Assembly: GCA_965235115.1 (NCBI GenBank)
Contig: OZ249448.1
Span: 17,484,001-17,548,000 of the forward strand
Reading direction: 5' to 3'
DNA length: 64,000 nt
Origin: Laetmonice hystrix
Taxonomy: Eukaryota
In this document: piece after piece, positions 28,062 to 41,811 of the stretch
How positions within the stretch are numbered: position 1 is the first letter of the stretch
Layout: the number at the start of each line of letters is the position of its first letter
Notes under the pieces: generated by a model
The model's database searches: none
What the model was told of the DNA's origin: nothing
What the model saw: the letters and a program-made list of their open reading frames with translations, nothing else
Position numbers and translations under genes: made by a program

Positions 28062-31000
28062 ATGGCAGATGATCATGAAAGCAAACCTAGCACACCGTCG
28101 CAGGCACCTGCTGTTGTCGACGAAGATGAACCGGCGGAACTAGAACCCCCTACAGCTGATTCAGAACCACAGGTACAGGCAAGTACTGAGGACTCTGTTA
28201 CAGAGGCTGAGAGCACTTTAGAATCTTCACCCCAGCTTAGAGTAGCCTCCCCTGGAGGAGAACAGACAGGAGATGCTCATGGATCGAAACCAAGTACACC
28301 AGCACTGGCAGCAGCTCCAGAGCAGGCAGAGCAAGGATCGAAACCAGGAACTCCAGTACTGGCAGTAGAACAAACACAGAATGACACAGTCACAGACACA
28401 GCTTCACAACCAACATCTCCAACTCAAGAACAAGGATCTAAACCAGGATCTCCCGTAGTACAGGAACAAGGATCTAAACCAGGTACTCCTATTGAACAGC
28501 AACAAGGATCCAAACCAGGAACTCCCATAGAACAGGAACAAGCATCTAAGCCAGGGACTCCCATAGAACAGCAGCCAGGTTCTAAACCAGGGACTCCAGT
28601 AGAACAAGAGCAAGGATCTAAACCAGGAACTCCAGTAGAACAAGAGCAAGGATCTAAACCAGGAACTCCAGTAGAACAAGAGCAAGGATCTAAGCCGGGG
28701 ACTCCCATAGAACAGCAGCACGGTTCTAAACCAGGGACTCCCATAGAACAGCAGGCAGGTTCTAAACCAGGGACTCCAGTAGAACAAGAGCAAGGTTCTA
28801 AACCAGGAACTCCAGTAGAACAAGAGCAAGGATCTAAACCAGGAACTCCAGTAGAACAAGAGCAAGGATCAAAGCCAGGGACTCCCATAGAAAAGGAACT
28901 AAGATCGAATGCTGGGACTCCCATTGACATGGAGCAAGGATCTAAAGATGCATCTGGAGAAGCAGAAAGAGCCGACTCTATTGCACCTGAAGCTCAGGAA
29001 CCTGAAACAAAGCCAGCTACTCCACACATGCAGGAGTCAGTTCCTAATTCTAAATCAGGCACGCCACCTAACAAAGGATCAGAGTCAAAGCCAGCAACAC
29101 CTCAGGCAGCTGCTGGATCTGCACCAACCACACCAGCTGGGGATCAATCTGCAAGTCGTCCTGGCACTCGAGCCACTCCTGCAGCCCCTGAGGTACCCCC
29201 ACCTCCACCACTGAGGGCAGACACAGCTAGGGCACAATCAGCAGCTGAGGAAAAAACTTCAAATTGTGCACTGGTATGAATTCCTTAAAGTTTAATTAAA
29301 CATGAAATCCAATCTATATCTATAGGCAAATGAAATGAGAAACTATGGGGCACCACCCTTTCCCTAAGTAAAGACTGGTCCCTGGTTCGGCTTACAAGTA
29401 TTATTATTTAGTGATGCAAGTGATGACGATAGTAAAAGGTACTATGTCTCCACAAAAGCTATTTAAATGTTACTGTTTAGAGAAATATGAAGGTTATTTC
29501 TTAATTGTAAAGCAAAGAAAAATTATGAAATGCAGAGAAGTACTGTTTCATAATAAATGTGTATTTTTCTTTAATAACCAAACAGAACTTGAGCTGGTCA
29601 TTTGGAATGAACAAGACTGTGCCAGTATTGAACTTGACGGATGAGCTACGACAGTCAATTATGTATGTCTGTGCAAATGCTGGCATAATCTATGATTTTC
29701 AAAACAATAAACAGACAGTTCTTCAAGGCCATGTGAGTACATTAGTTTCAAGCTACTCCTTGACAATGTGAATCAAAGAATTTAGCCAGTCTTTGTCATT
29801 TTCACAAAGTTAAGGCAGCATGCAGTTGCAAGTGGTTATATTATTATAATTTTATATTATCCTGAAACAAGCAGTACCTTCTAGTATAAGGAAGAAATGA
29901 AATTGGAGTTGCTTTTAAATGTATTTTCAAACTTTAATTCTACCATTCCTAGAAAAAAATCCAATGTCAGGAAGAAACCCTTTTCTATTTCAGAGTAATG
30001 ATATTAAATGTTCATGTGCAAGTTCAGACAAACGATGGGTGGCAACAGCTGATATTGGCCAGGACAACATGATTATCATCTGGGATTCCTACACAGGGTG
30101 AGAGACTTAGCAATGTTTCATTCACATATCAACCATTATGACTTCAGTACTTTTCAGGCTCTACATTTATGAACCTGCTCTGAATTTCTTTCTTAGAATA
30201 CCAGTGAGGACCATATTTGAGCCATACAGTGACAATGGGATCCTGGCCATTGCAATGACACCTGATGCCAAATACTTGGGAACGCTAAGTGCTGCCGACA
30301 AACAGGTCAGTTTGACAATGGCTCATCACAAGTTTAGTAAAGTCATTGTGAATCTGAAAATAAGTAAAGGCAAAAACATGAAATGGATGGAAATAGCATC
30401 TTTGTCAGCTTATTCTATCATTCCATTTCAACAGACTCTAGCCATCTGGGATTGGACCGTGGAGGGAGAAGCACCGATATGTTCCATAGAACTTGACCCC
30501 AACTTTGGATTGCAGGTATGGCTTGCAAAAATTTTCATCTGATGACTTTTGGGATAAGTCTGAAAAATTTCCAATTAACTGCTTAAAGTAATGTTTGTCA
30601 GTGTTCATTGAGTTACTGTTTTTGTATGTCCCATGGCAGCACTATATCCTGTTTCACCCTGAGGATTCCTACCAGCTGGTCACAAACAGTGACTCTCAGG
30701 TCATCTTCTACACTTGGGTGAGTCTCTTAATAATCCACATCGGCTCTTAGTGTTCTTCAAATTGCCAGCGTTACAAATATTAACCTATACTGGCAAAAAC
30801 CTTTATGACCAGCAATGGAACTTTTTCTTGTAAAAATATGAGAAACGGTAAAGAACAAGGAGACAAAAATTACCTTATGTTGTATTACATATTTGTACAG
30901 CATGGTGGCAAGTTGGAGTTCAGTGCACCTCCATTGTCTGACGACGACTTCAACAAGCCAGTGGGCCGCTATAGTCAGTCCATCTTTCAAGTAAACTCCA

Positions 31001-34000
31001 ACCGTGCACTGACTGCCACGTCTCTTGGTAACCTCGTCGTCTGGGATACTCTCAGGACCTCAGGTTTGTTGGGAAATCTTACTCAGGAGATGATGTTAAC
31101 ATTGTTCTTTGATCTCAGTCTGTTGTCATTTGTTGATTTGAGACATGGTTAGTGTAATCAACTTCTCTACATTGGTTTCTCTGGTAGCTGGTAGCAGTGG
31201 AAAAGAGAGAAAAGCTCTGAAACTGGTGAGACTACAAGATCGTGGCATCAATGTTCTCACAACAACAGACAGGTAAACCATAAGTCATTAGTAAAGAAAA
31301 ATTATACAAATACAGATACAAGCATGGAATATTAAAAACATGAAGTATGAAGATAAAACAGAACATTTTGCTGACCTATGAAAGTATTGTTTATTGATGC
31401 AAAAAGTTACTGAAGTTTACCAGAACTAAAAATAAGTTCAACTATAATGATTACTTTTACTATAATGATTATTTTTATAAGAAGTATGTACTGGTACCAC
31501 AAGTTCTTCCCCCCAAATTGTTCTCTTTCATGATTTGTGTCCTTCCAGGTGTATTGTAAGTGGAGATGTCCTTGGTCATGTCAAATTCTTTGACCAGACA
31601 CTGAAACTTATGAATTGGTAAGTTAAACTCAATGCAGGAGTAACTGCATTATTTAAATTGACAATATAATTCAAGTACAGTAAACCCTAGACTCATGATG
31701 AGTGTAAATTTAAAAAAAAAAAAAAGAGCCAGATAGTTTGTTTTGAAAATCTTGAGTATGTTACGATTTCTTGCCTACAGGTATCAGGACTTACAGTTAG
31801 GACCGATCAATGCCTTGTCATTTTCCCACTGGCCTGAGTTTGGGACTGAGTAAGTGTCATTTTTTTTATTATTTGAAGTGCTAAGGTTCATTGCTGGTTC
31901 ATTAATGAGGTACCGGTATGTCCCACTAACAGTGAAACATTTGTCATCCTGGAATCCATGATTGTGTCTTTATCCCTGCATTTTGCTTGTAAGTTGTAAT
32001 AATATGGTGTAATTAGCTGAAATCAATCAAAGACTTGCATACAACATGTAGATCAATTAGGTATCATTTCAATGGGACCATTTATCAAAGACCTATGTCT
32101 ACATTTTTAGCCAAACTGTACCATATTAAAACTATATTCCCTGGACAGGTCTGTGTATGGTAAAGAGTATCCACCCGATGCTACGATAGCAGCAAGAAAA
32201 TTTGCTATCCGGGACTTTGTCATAGGAACAACAACAGCAGTGTATGCCAATATCAACACAGATGGAACCAACATTCAGGTATATGAACTAGCCTATAGCC
32301 CCCCTCAGATTAAAAACAGCCTTCCAGGCTAAGAACAATGCATTTATATAATTTGTTGCAAGGTTTTCTAAAATTTCCTTTTTTAATCAGTTAAATCACC
32401 AAAGCCTAAGTAAAGATTACTGGGTACTGGTAAAAGAAAAAAAACCCATGGGAAACATTGTTCTACATCGTCATGTAAACTGTGAACATTTCTGTTCAGC
32501 TTATCCACCGTGACCACGATTCAGCTGTTCATGGACTGGCCGCCCACCCAAACACGTCAGTATCACTGGCACTTGCCTTTTTATGATCTGTCTCAATGAT
32601 GTAAAGGTCACATGTGATCTCATTCCAGTACACCTTAAATTTTATGATTATATGTGAGTACCTTGTTGTAATTTGTCTAGGTAAATTAAGCAGTCACTGC
32701 ACTATGTTCTGTGTTATGGAATATGGCACTCCATTCTGCTGTTTCCAGATCTCGGATAGTGATTGGCAGCTACTCTGGGTTTTTGAAAGTTTGGGATTAT
32801 GAGACCAAGTAAGTGCATGCCGTTCACTTTGGAAAATATTCAATCATATTATTAACAGTTGGCCTTAACACGTAGCCTACTAGGCCAGATGTACTGTTTC
32901 TAAAGTGCATTTACTACCATTAATGGAAGAAATTTAACTGTTTGTTTTGTTAGAATACCAAAAATAATGTAAGAGGGAATGTTTTTTTTCTCAGGGAGGC
33001 GATTGTGTCACGTTGGTTCGAGAAAGGCCTCATGATTCGCTGCTGTGCCTTTGATCCTAAGGGCGACTTCATTGGTTGGTATATAGATTTGATACCATAT
33101 CAGTGAAATTCTCTTTTACCATCAACCAACTCAACTCCAATGTTTATTTATCAATGTCCAATGTTCTGTATATTTTTTCAGCCATTGGTTTCACAAATGG
33201 CTCAGTGCGTGTGGTGGATGCTCTGACCCTGAGTGACATTCTCAGTGAACCGTTCCGTTGTTCAAGGGATGCTGTCACACACGTTGCTTTCTCACATGAT
33301 TGCACATACCTTGCTACTGCTGTATGTAGTATTTCTTTATGTACATATTTTCCTGTATGTTAAAAAGGACCAGTGAAAACACATTTGGTCTGTTAGAATT
33401 TAACTAAGTGTAATCAGAAGTAGGTAGAGAAAGGCACAGTGCAAAAATGTCAAGATTGAGTGAAACAGAATTTTATCTGTTTCGTAACTCGACACCAACT
33501 CCCTGTCTCCCCCCACTCCTGTTCAGTTGACTGAGGTGTTATTTCTCTTTCAGGATGCAGAGTATACAGTGTCTGTATTCAAGGCTCAGGGGCAGGGTGA
33601 ACCTTGGATTTATCTGGGCCGTAACCGGGCCCATTACCGGCTCATCCAGGACCTCATGTTTGGTATCCAACTCGACTCTGATGCTCCCCGCCTTCTCTCA
33701 CTCGGTGAAGATCGGGTTTTGGTAAGGGACAAACATTTCAACTCAGTTCAAACTATATTTCTCCTATTTCTGTACAGATAATTTCACTGTCAGCGCTATT
33801 AATTAGGAATGACTAAGAAATTAACAAAATTATGCAATCAACTGTTTATTAAAGATTAAATTTAAGTTCATTTTGTCATCACCAAATCAGTAAGCCAGTG
33901 CTGTTGCCTGTACATTGTTCACAATGTGCCCATGGCCATTTATTTAAAATGAATGCCTTCATTCGTCATTTTAATTCTGCTGGCAACCACCAGGTGGAGT

Positions 34001-37000
34001 ATGAGTTTGATGGTAACATGCCAACCAAACCACAGACGGAAGAGGTCAGTCTACATCGTGCAGTAAGCCTGTACGGCTGCCCTCCCGCCCAACATCCAAT
34101 TGCCATATATGCACATCTGCTTTTTTCCCCTCTTGGCAGTTTCAGTATCTTTTATATGTTACTCATAAGACAGAGCATATGAATGTTTCCGTATACTTGA
34201 ACTTCTCTCATACATTATTTCCTTCCCAAACTTATTAAAAAAAACTCATTTGTTTGATGTGATAGCCTTTGAGGTCACATTGAAAAATCACCCTGGCTAA
34301 GCCTGTTGCTGTTAGTGTAAGGATAATACCTAGGTCAGCATACATAAACTATTATTGATCTTTCATATTGTCCACATAATCTCGATTATTATTATAGTAA
34401 TTGAAGATTATCTAAATTAATTAGCTAAGATTCAGAAGAAATTGTAAAATATTTGAGGTATTTCAAGTATCCCCTAAGTAGCTATGATAGTGATAGTGTG
34501 ATAGTTTTAATATTGTTGTAATGTTTTGAAGTAAAACTACCAGGGAGATGATTTCATTATTACCTTTTAAGTTTCAATACCTAGAATATACGTGTTAGTA
34601 TACAATCAACAATTGTCCCTTAGTTGCTGCACCTTTCCCTTGTTATGACAGTGTGTTACAGAGCATGTACAATACATTGAGCATAGCTGAATTGTTATCA
34701 ATGCATCTTCCTCTGCCTGTTTCCATCCTCCTATTCTTTTAAGGACCTGGCTACGGTACTCTATTTCTATTCTGATTGGCCGGATTTTATAATTGAAAAG
34801 GGAATGTAGAGAAAAAAAGACAATTTTCTGTGATTGTAAAAGACTACTTAGTAACTAATATGAGAAAAGAAAATCCTTGGGTATTGTTGCGGCTACAAAA
34901 TAGTATTTCATGAATTTGGTTTTGCTTCAGATATCACCATGATGTCAACAGTGTCTTCCTCAGTGCTTTTTTTTTCATGATAATTTCCAAGTATTTTGAT
35001 TTCTTGAAATACCAACTTTTAAAAATGTTTAAATTTACATTGTTTTCACATCACCAGGTGGAGTATGACCTTGAAAATAGCACAAAAGACTCTCTTCGCG
35101 TGGCGAGTTCTGATCGCATTGAACAGAGTGCTATCCCCCAGTGTATGGCATGGTATCCACCCGTGACAGCTGAATTCTTCATTGTTACTGCAAATGACCA
35201 GGTATGTACTATACTTATGTAGATAAACAGTTCAATGGAGGGAAAAAATTAACATGTTACATTTAATATACAATCATACAATGTACATACAATATTAATA
35301 ATGGCGTCAAAGTAGTATGAACAATTATTTTGTTTGTGAACTCATTATCCATAAATTTTATTTGCACTTTTTTTTTCTTTACCAGTTTAAGTTCAAGTTG
35401 TACAACACCACGACCAAGATGTGTAGGAAGACCTTACTTGGTCCTACGTATGGTTCTCCCATCAATAAGTATGTCGTCTTAATATATTTTGTTTTATCTT
35501 TCAATTTAATAATAATCAATTGATTAACTTATGTACGTAAGGCGTCATGCAGAATTGCAGTGAATGGTCTTTTTAAAGTGTGGAACCTAACCAGACTGTC
35601 TTTTTTTCAACCAGACTCTAGTTTTTTGTCTGTGATCTCCTTAACTAATAAAGTTTACTGCTCAGATAAGAAATAATAACGTTTTGATAGTTCTGATCCC
35701 CATGTTTTGATAATGGTGTTATAGGAACAAGAAGTTTGGTCGGTAAGTGGTTCTGTATGGCCATGTGTGTGCCGGTAACTCCTCCCCCAACCCACTGCCC
35801 TGAGCTCCAGCACACAGAGCTCAAAATAAAATAATCCAATCGGGAATTATTGTTCTTGCATTCAGAAAAAGTAAAAATAAGATGGAGCAAAATTGATATA
35901 AAACGAAATTTGGTTGCACTAGCCATTAAAAGGCTGCAAAAGTCAGCAAACAGAAGTACCGGTAGTAGTTCTTCCATTAAGGACAGTTCTTTGTTGCAGG
36001 CTCAAATTTGCTCTGCTGTGAAAAAAACTGAAAAATCAACCCATGCATGAGATATGCCTGTTTGAGATCGTTGTAGTATTATATAGTGGAATGGTTCACT
36101 GAATCTCACGTACATCCTGGTAAATATGGGCTCGGAATGTGTAAGATTATAGTTACCAGCACTGAGTGCTTCACACTCTCTACACCAGAGTGCGTAATAT
36201 CATTTAATTCAAGATGGGCATGATGCATCAACACTGAAACGTGAAGGTCCTGGCATATCAAGCTTTTCAACTCGTATAAAAAAACCGCATACCTTTAAGG
36301 CTAGAGTCTATTCCCCTACAACCCATAGTCTAGATTAGATTAGAGCCTAGATTAAGCAAGATCTGTTCTTTCATGAATACGAAAGTTTTACGTCTACCCG
36401 TATTCCTCCCCTGTTGATAGAATTCTGAATAGACCGCTCATTTTTCCACTAGTACATTAAATGAGTACAGTATTAGAGCGAAAACATGGCAGTTTTTTAT
36501 TTTAGGTGATGAAGCATTTAGTCTGTTATAAATGAATAATTTCTCAAATAATTTGTGGTAGGCACTAGAGACAGTTCATGGTGCAAAATAAAATGATACA
36601 TTTAAATCTCACAAATCTCACAGAAATGAACAAACAAATTACTCTGCATAAAAGACACATTTCTTAGAGATTTAAAACTCTGGTTGTTATAGTAACAGTG
36701 ATTTTTCCTTTCTCTCTACTTTGAAAGAATCGTGATTTTACCGACGGCCAACCAAGCCCAGGACAAGCGATACCTGGCTTATGTCACACAGGACAAGATT
36801 GGAATTCACAAGTTGGCCCTGGATGGGAACCCACACAATGCCATGGCCCTCATCTCACACCCACAGGGGGTAAGTATAGAAGGATAACATCCTATACCAT
36901 TTACCCCAGATGATTTGATTGACCCCAGCTCGTGTATTGATATACCGTAACTATACTTTATGTTTAAGGTGGCCAACCTGGTCAGCAGCTTCGATGGCAA

Positions 37001-38688
37001 GCATGTGTTTACAGCTGGTGGCCTGGACTGCACCGTCCATATGTGGGATGTCAATATACCGTGAGTAAATTTTCTACGAGGAACGCCATCACAAAATGCC
37101 AACAGAAAAGACAGTGACTGACCAATACATTGCTATCCTGATAATATATCTTTTGGGGGTACTTATTTTCACAATTTCCTTGAACATGTTTCAGGGCCTT
37201 AGAGAGTCAATCAAGCCTTGGTGGAGAGGAACTGGTGCCCTTCTACGGCCTGCTGGAGGGAGGTCAGGACGGTGAACTCTATAGGGAGCTTGAAGACTAC
37301 TTTTACTACGCTCAGGTCAGGAGGTAAGTGCAGCATCCACCATCAGTGTATATCACTAATACTTTAGGCGAGTTTTATTCGTATTTATATATTCCACTCT
37401 CCTGTTTCCATTCAAGTTTAATTGTCACTGTATTATTTATGATTCAGTCAAGGTGTTGACACGACTGACACCAGGCGTGTTTCCACCCACATCCCACTGA
37501 CAGAGATCCCGTTTGTCATGAGGGCCATGGGGTTCTACCCCTCGGAGCAGGAGGTACGTGCACCAGGGAGTACAGCAAGATGGCTAACTTAACCCTGCCT
37601 GCAATTCTTTTTATTATTTAATCACTATACAACACTAAAGTTTCCCAGTTCAGGTGTCTAAATCTGTTACATGACAGCAGATCCAGCCTAGAATTTCTTT
37701 ATTAATATTTTTCCTGGTTTCAGGTTGAGGATATGTTGAATGAGGTGAAGTACAGTCGGTATGTGGAGACCGGACAGTATACTACCGAAGTGGACCTTGG
37801 GGAATTCATCAAATGTAATATTTTTTCATTTTTTAAATATTTTTTTAACATTTTCAACTTTGAAAATCTACTGGTATTTGTTATTGCAAGGTTTAAAATG
37901 GATTCTCAGGCCTGTGTTGAAAACTTTTCTATATTTCATCTTCTTCAGCTAACGATACTATTCTGAAAATAAAATAAACCTAATTCCATCCGATGTCGTG
38001 AAATGAGAGTAATTTTGAGTTTTTCTCCTCACCAGTGTACATTAACCACCGCCCAGCCTTTGGCCTCCAGCATGATAAAATCGAATGGGCGTTCAAGGTA
38101 CTTGGTTTTGACACACAAGATGGCGTTGCGATCGATCGTGGTGACTTGCTGGACTTGCTACAAAGTAAAGGTATGTAACCTAATATTTATGGTTGGCATC
38201 TCTGAAGTCCTAGTGAAATTTAATACTTAGAAAGAAAGGAATAACCAGGAGGACAGAAGGAGGATGGTGGGGGGGGGGTCAAAATTTTCTTTTTGATAAT
38301 AAAGAAAAGATGGATCCAAAATTGAATAAAAGTAAATTTCTCATGACGGTACGAACATGGATATATGATTTCTCGAATCTTTTGATCAATGTTCTGTAGT
38401 AGAAGTTGACTTGAGATGTAATGACTGGTTGAAATGACAGGGGAGCACATGACTGAGTATGAGCTGGCCGAGTACCTGACCACCTTGCTGGGTTACAACG
38501 AGGAGGGAGGCAGCAGCGAGCTGGCCAAGTTTGACCCTACAACTACAGGAGACATCATCGAAGAGAGTCTGCCACAGGACATCACAGCTGACATGTTCTC
38601 TAATGAGCTGCTCGGATTCAGCATGTACAGCAGCGATATTCTGCAGGTGGACCATACAGAATCCGGTCTAGCGCAGCAAGTGGCATAA
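28062..38688 (+). CDS. CFAP251: Cilia- and flagella-associated protein 251 (WDR66): repetitive N-terminus, WD40 repeats, C-terminal EF-hand-like region
   Basis: First coding exon is 28062-29273. Exon 29586-29732 reads [17 protein letters not shown]...[21 protein letters not shown]. Later exons give [92 protein letters not shown] and YINHRPAFG. The last exon is 38441-38688. About 25 GT-AG exons splice in frame. Confidence 0.96.
28425..28928 (+). repeat. Coding tandem repeat, 36-bp/12-aa unit ([12 protein letters not shown]) x~14, in CFAP251 exon 1
   Basis: It is directly visible in the 405-aa ORF. Two 4-unit sub-blocks recur with a 180-bp period. Confidence 0.97.
33994..34044 (+). CDS. Candidate 51-nt in-frame cassette exon of CFAP251 ([17 protein letters not shown])
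   Basis: The boundaries are CACCAG|GTGGAGTATGA...GAAGAG|GTCAGT, phase 0/0. It shares 17 identical nt around the acceptor with the constitutive exon at 35058. Confidence 0.4.
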
Positions 38689-39479
38689 CCAACCCGTATC
38701 ATATCCATTTGTACGAGAAATAATATCTTAAATGTAGTATAGTTATTTGGGACTACTGACCTGTAGTAATTGGAGAATTCTACAAACATATAATATATAC
38801 ATGTATAGTGCATGTATATACTTGCTTTTTTATTCATGTTGAAATACAAGAAGTATTATAAATTATTGAGAGAGACAGAAAAGTTATGATTTTCTTTTTC
38901 TGAATGTTTCCGCGAAGCTGCGAATTCAAATGAGGATGCTCTATCAAAATTAGTTTTCTATGCGTGCTATGCTGCTCTTGCCAACATTAATTTTTACATT
39001 CACATATCCAAGATAATTTGAACTGTCACTGAAATAATTACATGTACAAATAATTTTTTATGGTATGATAATGATGATATTAAAATTGCAACAATCTGTG
39101 ATAAAAATTTTCGTGCTCTGTGGACAAATGATGGAACTACCATGTCCAATAAAATATTTTGTTCAACGTGGTACCTCAGAGATCTTTTGTTCATTTAGTT
39201 TACACCCGGCGACCTGAAGTAGGCTGAAGCCTCTGTGGAAAATTAATCAAATACAATAAATCCCAGAATTGTCACTAGTTAAAATATGTTGTGGAACTTT
39301 ACAATTTAGGCCTAACAAAAACAAAAATGTGGTTCAAGGGAAATCTCAAATTCCGTGACTTTTCAATGACTTCCCCTCGTTTTTCTATTTTCCATGACTT
39401 TTCATGCCCGTGGGAATCCCGTTGAAGTTAAACGAAGGATCGTGCACACATACACGATCCTTGGTAAAACCAAATACTG

Positions 39480-39710
39480 CAGCAACCGGATAACGGGCGC
39501 TTTCTTGTAATAATCCAAACGCGACCTCTGGCGGACTTTGAAAGTATTGTTTTCCCTAAACGCCAGATGGCGCCTCTAATCGCGAGGACTACGTCATGGG
39601 CGGCGGAGGTAAAGATTTGCAACGTTTTACTGCTAAAAGTTAGCTCTACCTATAAACTAATTAGCCCATTAGATCACCGTCAAAGTAAGACATGTCGGCA
39701 GGTAAGAAGT
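39480..39710 (+). promoter_or_regulatory. CpG-rich promoter/first exon of an unidentified + strand gene
   Basis: CpG-dense block with CTCF/YY1-like CGCCAGATGGCGCC and TCGCGA, then ATGTCGGCAG|GTAAGA (ATG 39692, consensus donor 39702). Confidence 0.55.
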
Positions 39711-41622
39711 TTTTTTGGTTTTATTTAAGCTGTCCTGTGTAGTGTTAGCTATTTTATCGTTCTAACCAAACGATAGTGAGTGCTCACTGAACTTGATTTA
39801 TCATTGAAGACAACGAAGTGTGAATTTATTTAGCACTGAGTAGGCCTACCCAGTAGTACGGCAGTAGCCAGCACATAGTCTAGGTCTAGAGAGACCTAGG
39901 CCTGCCTTTATTTCCCATCTTTTCGGTAATCCAGACTGTGGTTGCAAGAAATATTAAATACTAATTCCCTAGGCCTAGCCCTTTGGAACCTGCCTCAGCC
40001 TCAGAAGTTCCGTGCCGACAGTTTGACCGACAGCAAGTCCGGCGGCGGCCTACCAGTACCTGTACGCCCCCTAGTGGAGAACATCGGATGGCATGGTTTG
40101 TACATTCCACCATTCTTGCCAAATATTCAACGATTTGACAATGATTGAATAACGCAGAGTCGCCCTATAGGGCTTACTCTAGCCATGACATGGTATGTAT
40201 CTGTATGCTGGTTGTCGTTTAATTATACTGTAACAAAGGCGGATCCAGAGCCTGGGGTCACACTGTCGGTGTATCTCAGGGAAACCCCAAGCTATTATGT
40301 AGGCCTAGGCCTATTACCTCTAAAACTCTCATTCAAGAGCATGAGCTTTAATTAGTAATGCAAACAATCATGAATTGCTTTTCTGTGCCCCCCCCCCCCC
40401 CCCCTTTAGTGAAATCCTGGATCCGCCAATGCTGTAAGTAGGCCTAATGCCTAAAAAGATGCTGTTACACAGGGAATATAAACCCCGAAAATTAATTACC
40501 GTACATGACGTGATAAATGAATCCATTGAGAGAGAGCGAGAATGAGAGAGACAGCTAGAGAGAGACATCCAGAGAAAGAGATAGATACAGAGAATGAGAA
40601 AGCGCCCTGGGCAAGATACGAGACGAATTCATTGATCCACCTTATCGGGCTTATGTCCACGTACTGTGTGCCAATTTGTCCCAGGAAAGTGGCGACCAGT
40701 TGGATTGAAAGTATCGACTTGATCTGTCCCCTCAGGTTGAGACTGGTATCGAGATACAATCCGTTCTCTGTTAACCAGGGCTGGGAACCCCCTCAGGCCA
40801 AGACCACTGCTTAGAAGGGAGTCTGTGCCCATGGAAAGCAATAGACCATGCATTGACGCATGATGACTTGGAACAGTAGATTAAGGATGTTGAATGTGTA
40901 ATCCTTAATGTAAGGTACAACTTGTAGCATACTTGCCATGGCCTCAGATTGAATCAATACAACATCACCAGAAGCTGTTGTTTGATCGTGCATCTTGGTT
41001 CAATTTGGGAAGAAAGCTTTCTATATCTCCCACGCCAGGGGCGCAGGGGTAGGGGGGAGGTCACCCACAGATACAAATCTTGGGCTTTCAGTTTCAGGGA
41101 ACTGGGGGGGGGGGGCTTAAATGAACATGTACATTTGAAAATGCTGTTTGAAATCAAATGTTTACACTCCCAAAGATCTTTCTTCCTTAAGGAGGACCCC
41201 CCCCCCCTTCACAAATTAGGAAGCCAGGGGGTTTTCAGGTTGGCCTCACTTTTTTCTTCTTTGCTTTTTTTTCAATATGTTCTTCAGTTCCCTTTAATTT
41301 TATTTGGTGGGGTCAAGGTGAAGTTCAGATTTCTATTATCCCGTTATAATCCATGGTGACTTCCCACGACGAATTGCGTTAGTCTCTTCATTATGAGGAC
41401 GTGGGAGAGAGCACACAGCGTCCATTAACAGTCAGATCCTTGTTCAATCGACAACACCATCTTGGCTCGCGTTCATGAGAGTTCATCGGGTCACACTGAC
41501 CGCCGCAATAATTCCCACGATAACTAGGTGACCACGAGGACCGTGCCAAAACAATTATTTTTCCGAAGCCGCACACAATTACAGATCGTTCGTTAATGCC
41601 TGAAGTGAGTAAAATAGCACGT

Positions 41623-41660
<38 letters not shown>

Positions 41661-41780
41661 ATGGCAACCGACGCAACAGGAGGAACCCCATAATATCGTC
41701 CTGAGTCAAGGGAGTCGCCGGTCCGACCGCCGAGACGCTGCGACCATGCAGATGCTGCGTTCCTGCCCCACAGCTCCACC

Positions 41781-41810
<30 letters not shown>
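41623..41810 (+). repeat. Two CAG trinucleotide tracts, (CAG)12 and (CAG)9, in a GC-rich island
   Basis: The tracts lie at 41623-41658 and 41784-41810. Confidence 0.97.

Positions 41811-41811
<1 letters not shown>

Noticed and set aside
28404-28930. Cys-rich and aromatic-rich - strand ORFs (168 and 153 aa) resembling keratin-associated/metallothionein-like proteins
   Set aside because: They are antisense shadows of the 36-bp CFAP251 coding repeat.
40600-40800. - strand YLDTSLNLRGQIKSI resembling a LINE RT C-terminal motif
   Set aside because: It is a single short, frameshifted resemblance, insufficient without an HMM search.
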